A stretch of DNA of 54,110 bases, counting the filler, from Dimargaris cristalligena (taxonomy: Eukaryota), in assembly GCA_003614675.1 (NCBI GenBank). It is 2 parts of 2 records of this genome, joined end to end, with 100 filler letters (N's around TTAATTAATTAA, not from the genome) between each part and the next. Parts side by side here need not be neighbours in the genome. Positions count along the whole stretch, not along the records: positions 27,106 to 54,110 come from ML002527.1; 1 more part is not named here. One strand, 5' to 3'. Shown one piece after another: positions 36,057-48,300 of the stretch. A program made the translations under genes and the position numbers. The notes under the pieces were generated by a model. That model ran no database searches, was not told the DNA's origin, and saw nothing but the letters and a program-made list of their open reading frames with translations. Within the stretch, counting starts at the first letter, position 1; every line of letters starts with the position of its first letter.

Positions 36057-36840
36057 AAATTTCGAACGCACCCTCGTTTCCCAAAGGCCCACAGGTGGTG
36101 GGAACCTCCCGTGGTCTCCGCTGATTTCTTCACTGGTGAACTCTAATGGTAATACACCCAGCTCCTCACTATATCTTCACTATAGTCCTTCTAGTACCTG
36201 CATTATCCCAAACAATGTGGGCTTAATATACTTTTATTGTTATCCTAATAAGGTGCCTATAGTGAGCGATGCGACTGTGGAAGGGCACTACAGTTGATCT
36301 TCCAGCTTCCATTGATGTATGGGTATTATTTTTTTCGGTAATGTGTGACCTCCTAGATCAAGGAGCATTCAACGGGTATGGTTGTATTATAATTAGGTAG
36401 ATGAATAGGCGGATCGGCCAGAAGTGGCCGGGCAGTCTAATAGGAGGGGGTTTGGGGGCGGTTTGAAGGTTAAATACACCTCTAGCCTGGCCTTGTGAAG
36501 GTAAAGACCGCTTCAAACGGTCGAAAACGCCGAGCTGGTTGGTTTAGTTTAGTACTCTACCTATGTATGGATCGGCGGGTATAGAGCAGTGTTGGGAGCG
36601 CGTGGTGAGAAACTGTGGCAAAAAGCACAGTGGACGTTGATATGCCCTGATAATCCCTGCCCAACATTTTTGGATATTTCAGTTGACTTCTTCCCCCGCC
36701 TATCTCTCAAACCTACCACCCTCTCCTCCCCTTCCTCCTTCCAGTGGGAGCAGCCACTTTATAGGTCCTCCTCTCCAACCTTCTAGACCCTTTCCGCTTC
36801 TCTGCTCCTACTTTCCTATCTCTAGACCCGTTTTTTTACA

Positions 36841-36858
36841 ATATATATATATATATAT
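36841..36858. repeat. (AT)n microsatellite immediately upstream of the UCH start codon
   Basis: An AT dinucleotide run ending about 11 nt before ATG 36870. Confidence 0.85.
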
Positions 36859-36869
36859 TACCTATCACT

Positions 36870-37610
36870 ATGAGCGACTCCGCAGCAACCACGACCAGCC
36901 GCGGCTCCGACGGGCGCGTGTACTGGGTGCCACTGGAGTCCAACCCGGAGGTAATGAACCATTTACTCCGCCGCTTTGGCGTATCGGAGGCCTGGGCCTT
37001 TAACGATGTGTACGGCCTGGACCCTGACCTACTGGCTTTGGTCCCCCAACCGGTGATGGCGGTCATTCTGCTGTTCCCCATTACGCCGGCGTACGACGCG
37101 CAGTACCTGAAGGACGGGAACGCCACGACTATGCCTCCGGCCACGGCGGAGCTCCTATCGGACGTGTACTTTATGAAGCAGACCATCGGCAACGCCTGCG
37201 GCACGATGGCTATCCTCCACGCGCTGGCCAACCTTCAGTCGGAGGTGGCGCTGGACGAAGATAGCAGCCCCCTAGCGACCTTTTTACAGCAAACGGCGGA
37301 CATGAATCCCCTGGACCGGGCCCGGGCGCTGGAACACGCCCACGATCTCGCGCAGTGTCACCGGGCGGTCGCTTCATCAGGTCAGACAGAGGCGCCGGCG
37401 GCGGACGCTTCGATTGATATGCACTTCGTGTGCCTGGTTGAACATCGGGGGCACTTGGTGGAGCTGGACGGCCGGAAGGCGGGGCCGGTGGACCACGGGC
37501 GCTGCGACGAACTGCTCGTCGGAGCGGCTGAGGTGGCGCGCAAACTGATGGCATTGGATCCTGACAACGTGCGCTTCAACCTCGTGGCCCTGGGACCCAG
37601 TGAGGGGTGA
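36870..37610 (+). CDS. YUH1: Ubiquitin carboxyl-terminal hydrolase, peptidase C12 (Yuh1/UCH-L3-like), 246 aa
   Basis: WVPLESNPEV, DVYGLD, QTIGNACGTMAILHAL (catalytic Cys), MHFVC (His) and ELDGRK (Asp). Intronless. Confidence 0.95.
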   Translation: MSDSAATTTSRGSDGRVYWVPLESNPEVMNHLLRRFGVSEAWAFNDVYGLDPDLLALVPQPVMAVILLFPITPAYDAQYLKDGNATTMPPATAELLSDVYFMKQTIGNACGTMAILHALANLQSEVALDEDSSPLATFLQQTADMNPLDRARALEHAHDLAQCHRAVASSGQTEAPAADASIDMHFVCLVEHRGHLVELDGRKAGPVDHGRCDELLVGAAEVARKLMALDPDNVRFNLVALGPSEG

Positions 37611-38400
37611 GCTTGCATGGGACGTTAGTGTTTGGTATTTTTTTAACCCCGGGTGTTGGTGGTGGCAATCATCACATACATTACTCAGCTTCACGGGTAC
37701 GACATGACGAGACGTGGCTGATGTGAGCCTCAATGGAACACCGCACTACCTTACTTCCATCCTTCCTTCGTGAATGGTGAGAGTATTACCTCAGCATAAA
37801 CCGCATATTGCAACGGCAGATTAAATGGTATGAATAAAGGGTATTACTAGGGGGGGGGGTATGCCTTCGCTACGGTGTGAAACATGCTTACATTTGCCTC
37901 TGACTAAGGTGTTTTCTACATACGAGGAGAGAGAGAGAGAGAGATGTGCATGGCTGGGTAATTAAATAGCCAAGTTCTGAGGTTTGAATAGCTCAGCTCA
38001 GCCTTAATCCATACCAGCACTATTATTATAGACTGTGGAGAAACGGAGGGGGGAGGTAGTCCAACTCCAGGTGTACATAGAGAGAGGGGCATTACTATAA
38101 GTATAGAGTGCCAAGCTATATGGGTAGGTTTGGTGAGGTGATGGGGGCATGCAAGGGGAAAGTACACGCTCCTAAAGCATAGGGAGACCAGCCTGATGCT
38201 CACGATTAAGCTTTACAGCCGTAAAATACAACGATTAATGGACTATTTTACTCTTCTTACCCATTATTCCCACAGCATACGCCTTACCCACCGCCTGGGA
38301 ATGACGCCATCAACCCACTCTTTGTTGTGTGCGCCTTCTGGCTGACATACCCAGCCAATACCAATAATACTAAATAACCTGTCCGAAACCTCCCCCGCCT

Positions 38401-38406
38401 TATAAA
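38401..38406 (+). promoter_or_regulatory. TATA box of the peroxiredoxin gene
   Basis: TATAAA about 135 nt upstream of the ATG, followed by a CT-rich leader. Confidence 0.45.
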
Positions 38407-38537
38407 GCCTTCAAGAGAGAGCGTCTTCAAGGCCCATTCATTTTCCCTCCCCAACTTTAGTTCCCCTTTACTTCCCGTTTCGTCCATTGACTTACCCATT
38501 CCCTCTCTCCCTCAGCCACCACCCTTCCAATACCACC

Positions 38538-39191
38538 ATGGGTCTTCGTTTAGGCGACACTGCTCCTGACTTCCAGGCCCAAACCACCAAGGGCGACATT
38601 CAGTTCCACCCGTGGATTGGCGACTCCTGGGCCGTCCTGTTCTCCCACCCCGCCGACTTCACCCCGGTGTGCACCACCGAACTGGGTGCCGTGGCCCGTC
38701 TGGCCCCCGAATTCGCCAAGCGCAATGTTAAAGTCATTGGCCTCAGCACCAATGACCTGAAGGACCACGCCACTTGGGTGGATGATATCAACGAGGTCAA
38801 CCAGGTCGACCTCCAGTTCCCCATTATTGCCGACGTGAACCGGCAGGTGGCCGCTCTTTACGATATGCTCGATTCGGAGAAGCACGACCCCACCAACGTC
38901 CAGAACGGTATTCCCTTTACCGTGCGTTCAGTGTTCATCATCGATCCCCAGAAGTCGGTCCGCCTGATCCTGACCTACCCCGCGAGCTGCGGCCGTAACT
39001 TTGACGAGATTTTGCGCTGCATCGACTCCCTTCAGTTGAGTGACCGCCGGCCCATCACCACCCCCGCCGACTGGCAGCCCGGCGATGATGTGATCATCCA
39101 CCCCGGTGTCTCCGATACTGAAGCCTCCAAGCTGTTCCCTGGCTACAAGACCCATAAGCCCTACCTCCGCACTACTCCGCTTGACGAGTGA
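38538..39191 (+). CDS. PRX1: 1-Cys peroxiredoxin (Prx6/Prx1 family), 217 aa
   Basis: ACCATGG start; LRLGDTAPDF, FSHPADFTPVCTTELG (peroxidatic Cys), RSVFIIDP, YPASCGRNFDEILR and TPADW. Confidence 0.96.
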   Translation: MGLRLGDTAPDFQAQTTKGDIQFHPWIGDSWAVLFSHPADFTPVCTTELGAVARLAPEFAKRNVKVIGLSTNDLKDHATWVDDINEVNQVDLQFPIIADVNRQVAALYDMLDSEKHDPTNVQNGIPFTVRSVFIIDPQKSVRLILTYPASCGRNFDEILRCIDSLQLSDRRPITTPADWQPGDDVIIHPGVSDTEASKLFPGYKTHKPYLRTTPLDE

Positions 39192-39434
39192 AGGGATAGG
39201 TTGGCTATTTCAGGCTATTCATGGATCATTTGGTTCAGCATCAGTCAAGGCTAACCTATAATAACACCACCACTTCCTCATTCAGCCCTGCCTTTTTGTA
39301 TGGCCATTTACCGGCCCCGCCTACTTGGTTTGCTACCCCATTCCGTTATATATCCGTTATTACCATAAGCCCGTACTTTAATAATAAATTGCACGCTATA
39401 AATGAGTTGCAAGGATGGATCCGGTGTAGGGTAC

Positions 39435-40043
39435 TTACAGTGCCAGGGCTAGCCAGCCGGCAATCAGCATGATGCCACCCCCCGGGGCCAGGCGGCGTAC
39501 ATTTGGGTACTTGTTGGGTTCGAGCGCCCGGATATACAAGCTCCCGGAGAAGAATAAAATGCCGGTAGTCAACAGCCCACACCCCACGAGGGAGCGTCCC
39601 GCATTGGCGGCCGCCAACAAGGCTAGGGTGTTGATCATTTGGTATTGCACTGCGGTGTTCCATAGGCCGATGCGATACTCGTCGTTTTCGACGCGGGGGC
39701 GGAGACCGTGGCTCCCATAGGCTCCTAAGCCCACGCCCGAAGCACCTATATAGGAACAACAGCCCACAGTATAGAGGGGGGGATAAGGTGATGTTGATAC
39801 AAAGTAATAATAATACACGGCTGTTAGACTCAATAATAGTCGGCTTAATGAAAAAAGGAAACCCCAGAGGTTGGTGCTACCAACGCCCCCGTGGCATACT
39901 ATCAACAACGCCTAGTTCTATGCAACGAGCCCGTCTTGGTAGAGGTGGGCCAAATGAGAGTGAGATTCCCTTCGACACTACTACGCCTTACCTAATATAC
40001 AGCCGACGCGCCAGAATAGTCCGTGGGTAATAAACGAGGCCAT
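39435..40043 (-). CDS. DUF423/TMEM256-family small membrane protein (~120 aa)
   Basis: Exons 40043-39992 and 39745-39435, in frame. WRVGCILGASGVGLGAYGSHGL, WNTAVQYQM, GILFFSGSLY and LAPGGGIMLIAGW. Confidence 0.92.
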
Positions 40044-41211
40044 GGTTAGAAAACTACACAAAGCAAAGTAAAACTGGTGAACGAGGAAAGGGAATCAGCT
40101 GGAGGTCAATGAAGCATGCCTGGGTGATGAGTCCTTTAACTTGGCCTATTACAATGCCACTCCGCTGCCCCATTCCAAATAACGCAAATGTAATAATAAT
40201 GTATCCTCCTTTGAGGGGCTCTGTGATTGGTCCAACTGGCATGGGAAACTAGCTGCCATAATCATATTCGCTAATTTAAGGGGGAAATGTAATACGCCGC
40301 TGTGTTTGATCAATCAATGAATCCGTCTCACATAAAACTGGTCATTTATGTGGGGTATAATATATGATATATAGTTGCTTCATGCATGTAATTCAGCAGG
40401 TAACTTAATCAGATACTCTCCATTTAATCAGTCCGAGGGTAAAATATATATAAAACAGGGCTAAATACATATACAGTTCTTTACTTCTCAGAATATGTGT
40501 CGGAAGTCTCTGGGACCCACGTTCAAAATGATCGTAGTCTCACCATTGCTGCCCTTTTTTTAAGATCCCCACTCAAGCAACCCCTGACCAGGGTATAGGG
40601 TCCTAAGCAGGGCTGGCGTATGGAAGCCCGTCGTATTACAGGCCCTTGGAAATACCCCGAAAGATGTACTAACCCCCCTGCTCCGCTGGTATAGACTGTA
40701 ATGCTTTTCAGAGTCTACGGGTTACACTTGTCCGACTACCGCTGACCTGTGACTATGATATACCCCACTCCAAGTAAGGCTGATTTGGGAAATCCTTCCT
40801 AATTTTCAAAGCAAGAGGTGGCGCAGTTGAAGAGGAGAGCATCGTAACACCAACTGGCATGCCAGTGCTGAGCCATATAATTAAACGGGCATAGGTAATG
40901 TATTTATTGGTCTATAAGAGATCGCATAGGAAACGCAAAAAAAAGGGGGGACTCCAGAGCCGCTTGGATTAATCATAATAGGAGCAAGGAAAGGGGGGAA
41001 ACGCTAGAAAAACAACCTAGCCAAGGGCTAGCAATGGCATTGAAGCAAATGTAATTTAAAAAGGGGGATATTGTCCGTTGGTTAACGAAGCCCGCCAATG
41101 CCCGCTCTCCCTCCCCAAAGAAACGCCACTATCAGAATTCGGAGGCATTTCTCTTCGCAGTGTCTCTCGTATTGCCGGGTAGTTAGACCGAAGGAAATAA
41201 CTCTGGTGGCT

Positions 41212-42269
41212 TTAAAGTACCGTATGCACCGGTGTCAGGCCGCTACTGAGTGAGGTTTTGGCCAACTCCCACAGATCCCGGTTCGGCCCAATGAGTTGGT
41301 CTAAAGCCGCGGGGCGGTCGATACCCTCGAAGGGGCTGAGGAATCGGGCCTCTAGCGCCAGACGCTCCTCATCGAGGGTTTGGTCGTAGGGCAGCTCCAT
41401 GTACCGATACCACCAGATCAGGCGGGACATACTGGGGCCCGTCTCGCTCAGTTCGGCCGACAGGTACAGGGCTAGGTCCCAGTAGGGGAAATCATCGGGG
41501 TTCGGTGGAGGTGCCATCGGGAGTAGTCGTTTCACCCAATCGACCCGCTGCAGCCTTACGGCGGCAGTGACGAGATCCGAGATAAAAAAGGCCCAGAAAG
41601 CCCGCACCGCCGGTTGGGTTTCGAATAGGGGTTGGAGGACGCAGTGCATCGATCGGGTAATTTCTAGGAGAGTGCCGAAATGTTCGCAGCGCATAATAAG
41701 GGCATAGGGCTGTTCTTGGTTAGCCTGATTCTGAGTCAGAGCCGTATAGCCAATCCTGCTTTGCGGAGCCTGGGCTAATGTTTGGATACGGGCACCGCCT
41801 TGGAAATGGTCGCTCAGTATGTCTAAAATGGCTAAATTCGCTGGAGATTGCTGGTTTAAAATCTTTGCCTGTTTAAAAATAGCCGATAGGTTTACATAAC
41901 ATATATATATATGTATATATATAATTAGCACCGATTCAACCAATATGAGTTCAAAAATACAGTCACTAAACCTATCTTATAGTTTTACTATGGTATATCG
42001 GTGGGGGCTGTCGCAAGTCCCAAATCGCAAGCGATAATGTATAAGGGCACTCTACTTACACTTCGCTCAAAATTATTTAACCATTGTCTCGCATTGTTTA
42101 GATTATTGCCAGTGCACACCGGGTCGTAAGTTGATAAGCCAACGGGTGACCAGTTCGCTGATTGCTGGCTTAAAGAGTTGTGCCGGGACAACACCCTGAC
42201 ACTAGCGGAGCTGACTGGAATAGTCACAGCCACAGCCACGAAAACGGCCAAACCGAGGGATAGTTTCAT
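41212..42269 (-). CDS. Putative secreted protein of unknown function (~288 aa, 2 exons)
   Basis: Signal peptide MKLSLGLAVFVAVAVTIPVSSA. Exons 42269-42060 and 41868-41212 are joined by a phase-0 gtaagt...cag intron. A minus-strand TATAAA lies near 42500. No family recognised. Confidence 0.7.
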
Positions 42270-45200
42270 GGTGTTGGTGGGAGAGAGGAAGGGGTGGGAG
42301 TAATTGGTATGCGTGTAAATATACCTGGTAAATAAGTATGCAGATGGAAAAGTAAAATGGTCGAATCCAGTTGTAATAATAATTGATGAGCTGGTCTATG
42401 TAGCCTTGGGCGCTAAATGTAGGGAACCTTAAACCCGAGGTAAACAAATAAGATTAATAGTAAGATAGATTGTTCGGTAGCGGAACCCCTGCCGTCCTTT
42501 TATACGTCTCTCGTCGTTCGCAAATTAGCGTGTGTTCCCGTGTGTTGGGGCGTACTAACAGGCAGCGCCGGCCCTCCTTTGCCCCGCTCACCACCTAAAG
42601 CGCCCTGTAGGTTGAGCAAGTTTCCCCTCCCGTACCTTTGCGTATCTCTTAAAATAGACCATAGCGAAGGGAAGTCGGCCGGCCCTATCCGCGGTTAGCC
42701 CCACTGCCTCGCCTTTGTGCGGCCGTGGATATTTTTCCAATCTAATTCGTCGATGGTTGCCGCTGACCTCTTGTGTAATTCAGTTGTTCGGCTGACTGTG
42801 TGGTACCGAGAGCCAATCTGCCGGACCACAGACCCTGTTACAGAAACCTATTTTGGGGGTTTGCTCCATACTCCATTTGTCTTCCACCTCTAAAGTAGGG
42901 GTAAGTGGAATACGCCGAAGGGGAAGTGTCAGGGAATATCACGGCCAAAGTAAGGTATTAATGGTAAACACCCCTTGGTGGATTTTACAGGGAAGGGACT
43001 GGTGTAACCAACTTTGACCGATCTTCCGCACTGGCCGTTGGCTTACCAAACGAGCGGAAGCAACCCTTCATTCGCCCCTACAATACCTCCAAATACCACG
43101 CTGGAATTCCGCTAAGTCAGGAGGCTAGGGGGCAATTGAGTTAGCGCCAAGATATCTTTTTAATGCGGCGTTGTCTAGCGGCTGGCGACTATAAAATCCG
43201 CTCCCGTCTTATTCAAGCAATACGATGGACTTGCTATAGGGAATAGTTTGTGTGGCCTGCCCACACTGGCCCAAACATGTCCGCCTTTTCCTTTCAAGAT
43301 TTGCAATACAAGCGGAGTCGGTCGACGTAATGGTTATTTAACTACCCTTTATCATGTACTACACATCAGTGTAACTTTGTGCCAGTGGCCGGCTTCCATT
43401 AGTCAGGTATTCGATTGGCAATCGACCCTGGTGCCACGTCTCTGGCATTGCAGCTGGGATACGCTATGGCCAAACACAGGGTCGAAATAGAACTCGGCCT
43501 ATTTTTCATCTTTGGGCCGGAATTAATGCCCACCGGCGAGGTTCATGTCTTTTGATTATCATTCCACAGTCGGTGTTTGACTTGTTTTTTATTGGATTGA
43601 AGGGCTTTCAGATAAGTCGAGTCGTAGTAATACACACATACCAAGCAAAGAACATCACCCCATTCGGGATGGGTAGTGGCTGGAAAAGAGGAAATGTCCT
43701 GTAATTCCATTTGGACGATATGTACAGTGGTTGGAATCAGCCGAATTTCCCCCTTATGTCGGTATACTGGTACATGTTTAGCCGAGCAGCAGTTCATAAA
43801 TAATAACGAGGCCATTCATAGCGATAAGCGGGACTGGTAGGATAGGAGGGGGGTAAATACCATGTGGATAGAAAAGGGCGCGTCGGAACGTCCCGATGGT
43901 ATAGCAATAATGGGAATAATGGTTGCAGAAACACGGTGAGGTTTAGAATAATGGATCAATGGCAAAACAATCCAACATGGAATTGGGACCGCTGGCGTAG
44001 AGGAAAGGTTGCCTGTTAGCCGCTAACCTTAACCCGCATTTAGGGGAATGGCCAGGGATATTGAATTGTTTCAAAAAGTTCAAACAATAAGGTAGATTCT
44101 CTGGGAATGCATTCCCACTTACTTCGAAGTAGCGTACGGACCGCCGATATGAGATTGATCACGCGGGCTTTAATACCCTGGTTGGGGTCGCCAAATCCGT
44201 GAACCTGCTGAGTGGACCAACCGACTGAAACGTTGCGGTCAAGGTATAAATAAGTTCACCGAGACAGGAATAGCGGAAACCGGGGCGGTTAATAGAGTTA
44301 GCCAAGTTCGAAAATAAATTAAAATTGTGCCCCATGATGAGTACTTCTCCATCCGACTAGATGATTCAGGAGCTGGCGCCATCCGCAATCTCTAGGGGGT
44401 ACTTACTCCGGGCCAAGAAACGATGCTCATTTAGGATGGCCATTGCATTAAGCAATAGTAGGCTGACTTGGAAAAGAAGTCCGAGTGCGAACATGGTGAC
44501 GATGGATGGAGATGGTAGGCGGCTAAGAAGCGATAAGCAAGTGCTGCCAAATCGTTGTTCAAGTTACAGAAAATGAGTCTAGTGAAAACGAAAAATGCAA
44601 AAGGTACTCTAACGAATAATGGATGATGCTCATGGAACCAATCTCCGTAGGGGTTCAGGCCTAAAGTTCAACCCCGCTCAACCAGTTGCAAGGCTGCACA
44701 AACCATTTTAGTGTATGGGACGGATAATGGGTAGGGTCATCTCCCCACTTCCCCTGCAGCATTACCACGTTCTATAGTCAAGTTTATACGACCCATCCAC
44801 AGCAATTATAGGGGTAGCACAAATAGCAGGCTGGTCCAAACTAGGGCTGGCAACTCAGATTATCCAGACTCAAATAAATAGCGGCGTATTTAATGGGGGG
44901 GGGGAGACTATGTATATATGTATATTTGGATATATATATATGTGTATGTGTTATATGTAGGTGTCAATGGACGAACCCATTCAATAGCTAGACAACGCCT
45001 AAGATACGAATCGGCTTACCACCAACAAACACAGCTAGGGTGATAAAGCGCAAACACAAGGCAGTAAGGGAAATAGGGGGAAGGTAATAGAGATGACTGG
45101 AAATTAAGGAGGGAGTGGGTAATAGCGATAGGATAAAGGGAGTTGTGAAGAGAATGGTGTATCAAAAATATTTGGACTAACTAATCCGGCGTAATTGATA

Positions 45201-45337
45201 TCATTACAATTATACCTCTTATCCCTCTGTTTTAAGCAGGAACCAAATGCCTAAAAACGATTTTCGACAAAAAAGATATAGCGCACAGTGAAGAGAGTGA
45301 GAGAGCCACCAGCCCTAAGCCCGGCTCAGACTAGCGA

Positions 45338-48300
45338 TTAAATATGTTGCACAGGGGCTCCGGCAGGCATGATGGCAGCGTGGATAACTCCAGGATGGCT
45401 TTGCACGAGTGACCGGACACGGGCCAGATTGAGCTTGGGAGGAATATACTTTTCAATAAGGGGAACTTTACGGGCGGTCAGGTACAGGACCTGCTCGTTG
45501 AGGTCATTGGAGTCAAGTAGCAAGGAATCGATCCGCTCGCTGCTGGCACTGCGCCGGGCAATTTCAGCCAAAATATCTTGACTGATGGGATTCTCATAGT
45601 CCGAAATGGAGTAAATAGAGAGTAGCTTCTTGATCTGGGCCGGATTGAGTAGGTCGCAAACGTCGAACATCACATTGATATCGGCAAGGGTGGATTTTTG
45701 CAGTTGGAGTAATTTGACCGCCTGCAGAAGCATTTCGGAGTGGCGGGTACTGTCCGACACGTCGTGGGCCTTGCACCACTCTTCCAGTCGAGTCAGGTTA
45801 TACTGGATCTGCATACCCCGCTTCCAGGAGCAGAAGTTCTTACGCATGATAATGTGGTTGAAGGCGGTCACGCCGATGGTGCTCAGCAGCTCCGAGATGA
45901 TCTGCTTCATAATGGCGGGGTCCACACAGTAGAACTGCATAATCTTCCACACATTGTTGAAGAAATTGAGCACATGTTCAATCTTGACGCTCGACTCTTT
46001 AGGTCCGATGATCTTGCTCAGGAAGTTCGAGTCGTTTGACCGGAACCCAGGAAGGGCCTCGCTCTCCACCACGCCGGGAATAATAAGCTTGATGAAGCGC
46101 TTCTGCAGCTCCTTGACCCAACCGAAGTAAATGTCGGACAACAGGGACTCAAGGTACTGCATAGATTCGCCCATGGCCCGTTCGGACTCCACGAATTCGT
46201 ACATGTTGGTGTCGTGTTCGCTCATGGTGGTTTTGATGATGGACAACAACTCAAACACATTGGAGAGCCAGAAGGCGCAGTCAAAGTCGCTGTCGAACGA
46301 TACCGTTTGCTTCTGGATAGTGGCAATCACACTCATCATCAGCTTCTGGATACGCGAGGACATGTTGTACTTGAACATTTGAATGGCGCAGAATCCGATC
46401 AGGTGGGCGGGATAGACCAGCTCTAGGGCGGGGAACTCGTATTGGAAGTTGGGGATGGGTACGACCAGCGTGTGGATGAGCTCGTCCAGGATCTCATTGA
46501 TAAGCTCGTCGCTATCGAGAATGCGCTCAATTTCCTCGGGGCCAAGGAACGGGTATTCGGCACTCCCGTTCATGGTGCTGTACGTGTCCGACTCGTCCAT
46601 TCCACCGTTGGCATCAAACTGCAACTTGAGCATGTTGGCCAAGTCCGACCCCTGAGTAGCGCCGATGGTGGCACGCTTCCACTTCTGGCCGGACGCCCGG
46701 TTGTTGGCCGCGCTGCGAGGGCCGGAGGCAAAGTCGGGCTGGGACATCTTGCGATCGCGCTGGTTGGAGAACAGGGTGTTATCGGACGTATTGGAGACTC
46801 CGGAGGGGTGGTGCAGATGCTGGTTACTCACCGAGGCCAGCTGCAGCTTAAGGTTGGCGATTTCCTCCTGCAGGTTCAGGATCATGGTCTGGCTGTTCTT
46901 GTGCTCGGTGGAGGAGACCTGGGCCTTGGCTAGTTTGCCCCGGACCTCTTCGATTTCGTCCTCCTTCAGCTGGAATTCCTCGGCCAACTTCTCCAGTTGC
47001 TGGGTCAAGGCCTCGTAGTCCTCCTTAATCTTACCCAGTTCCTTGGTACGTTCGGCGAGCGTCTGCTCTTTCTGGGCAATGATGGTGGCCATCTGTGCTT
47101 CCAGGCCGCGCCACTTGTCGTAGTATGACGTGGACCGATTTTCCATGTCGGCGTACTTCTTCTTAAGCAGGCGGTGTTCCTCCTTCTCGGTAGCCAGTTG
47201 GCGGGTCAGTTCCATGACCTTGTTCTCCAGGTTCATTGAGGCTTCCTTGATGCGGTTGATGGACCGGGCCTCAATGCGCAGGGTTTTGAGTTCCTTTCGG
47301 GCGGTGCGGCGTCGGATACAGGACTGCATCATGACCACCAGCTGCAACTCACGCTGGTAGACCCGACGAGCCAGGAAGGCGCGGCAGTACTTCTGCATCG
47401 TCACGGCGGCGGTTCGAGTGCGCAGATCCTGGAACCATTGGCGAGTGAGGTACCCGCGGGAGTACCGCTGGATGGTAATGCAACTCTTGCGCCGGTTGAC
47501 GTAAAGCCGGCGATGGTGCTGGGCCCGCCACCAAGTTTGAATCTGGAGGGCGGCCCGGTTCCGGCGCAGGGCTGTGACCTGCTGCTGGGCTATCCGGCGG
47601 CGTACCATGGCTTGGAGCTGGATCAACGCAGCCCGGGTGCGCAGGTACTTCTTGCGCTGGATCATGCGGCGAGCGTTCTTCTGGATCAGGGTGGCGCAGT
47701 GGTTGAGGCGTTCCGTGCGAAGCTTTTCCAGGAAGGCCAGCTGGCCGGCGCGGAAGAAGACTTTAGTGAGACCAATCTGATATTTATCGGACTCGGGCAT
47801 AGTAGCGGCCAGGATCTGTTGGGCGAGGTCCCGGGGGTCGGCAGTACGAGTACTGTCTTTGGCAAGGATGTAGTACCGCTCGTCGAACTCGGGGATCATA
47901 CGGCGGGAGGGGTAACCACTGCAACTGATACGAATCGTCTCTAATACACCACAGGCGCGAAGTTGCGAGAGGACCATCTGGGGGTCAAAGGCCCAGGCGA
48001 CTTTGCTCTCGTTAGGCTTAATGCAGCGGATGTAATGGGACTCGGTCGAGCCAATGGTGTCCATTAAATTGATCAGGGAGGCTTTGAAAACGGAACCGAG
48101 CGTCTTCATCTTCTTCCCGGCACCGGCACCTCCAAATCCACGACCACGCACGGGGGTGGGGGAGGTCGGAGAGACCCGGCGGGCGTCGGCGGAGGTATCT
48201 TCAGAGCGGCTCTGGTGGTTTAATACGTCGCAAAGGAAGCTAAACTTACTGGCCCGTAGCACATCCGAGAGTTCCTCGGGTACAGTATCCTTGTTCTTCT

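Noticed and set aside
39189..39257. Stop-codon readthrough or selenocysteine extension of the peroxiredoxin (also checked for UCH and the O-methyltransferase)
   Set aside because: The TGA is not in a TGA-CTA context, the extension ends in SQG with no PTS1, the stop is at the normal family C-terminus, and I saw no SECIS-like structure.
27234..40043. Possible metabolic or stress gene cluster (O-methyltransferase, sugar kinase, peroxiredoxin, DUF423)
   Set aside because: The genes are interspersed with unrelated housekeeping genes, with no backbone biosynthetic enzyme, transporter or shared regulatory motif.
43248..44576. Short ORFs in the interval between the secreted gene and myosin V
   Set aside because: They have no recognisable motif or consistent splice structure. 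A decayed gene cannot be excluded but is unsupported.
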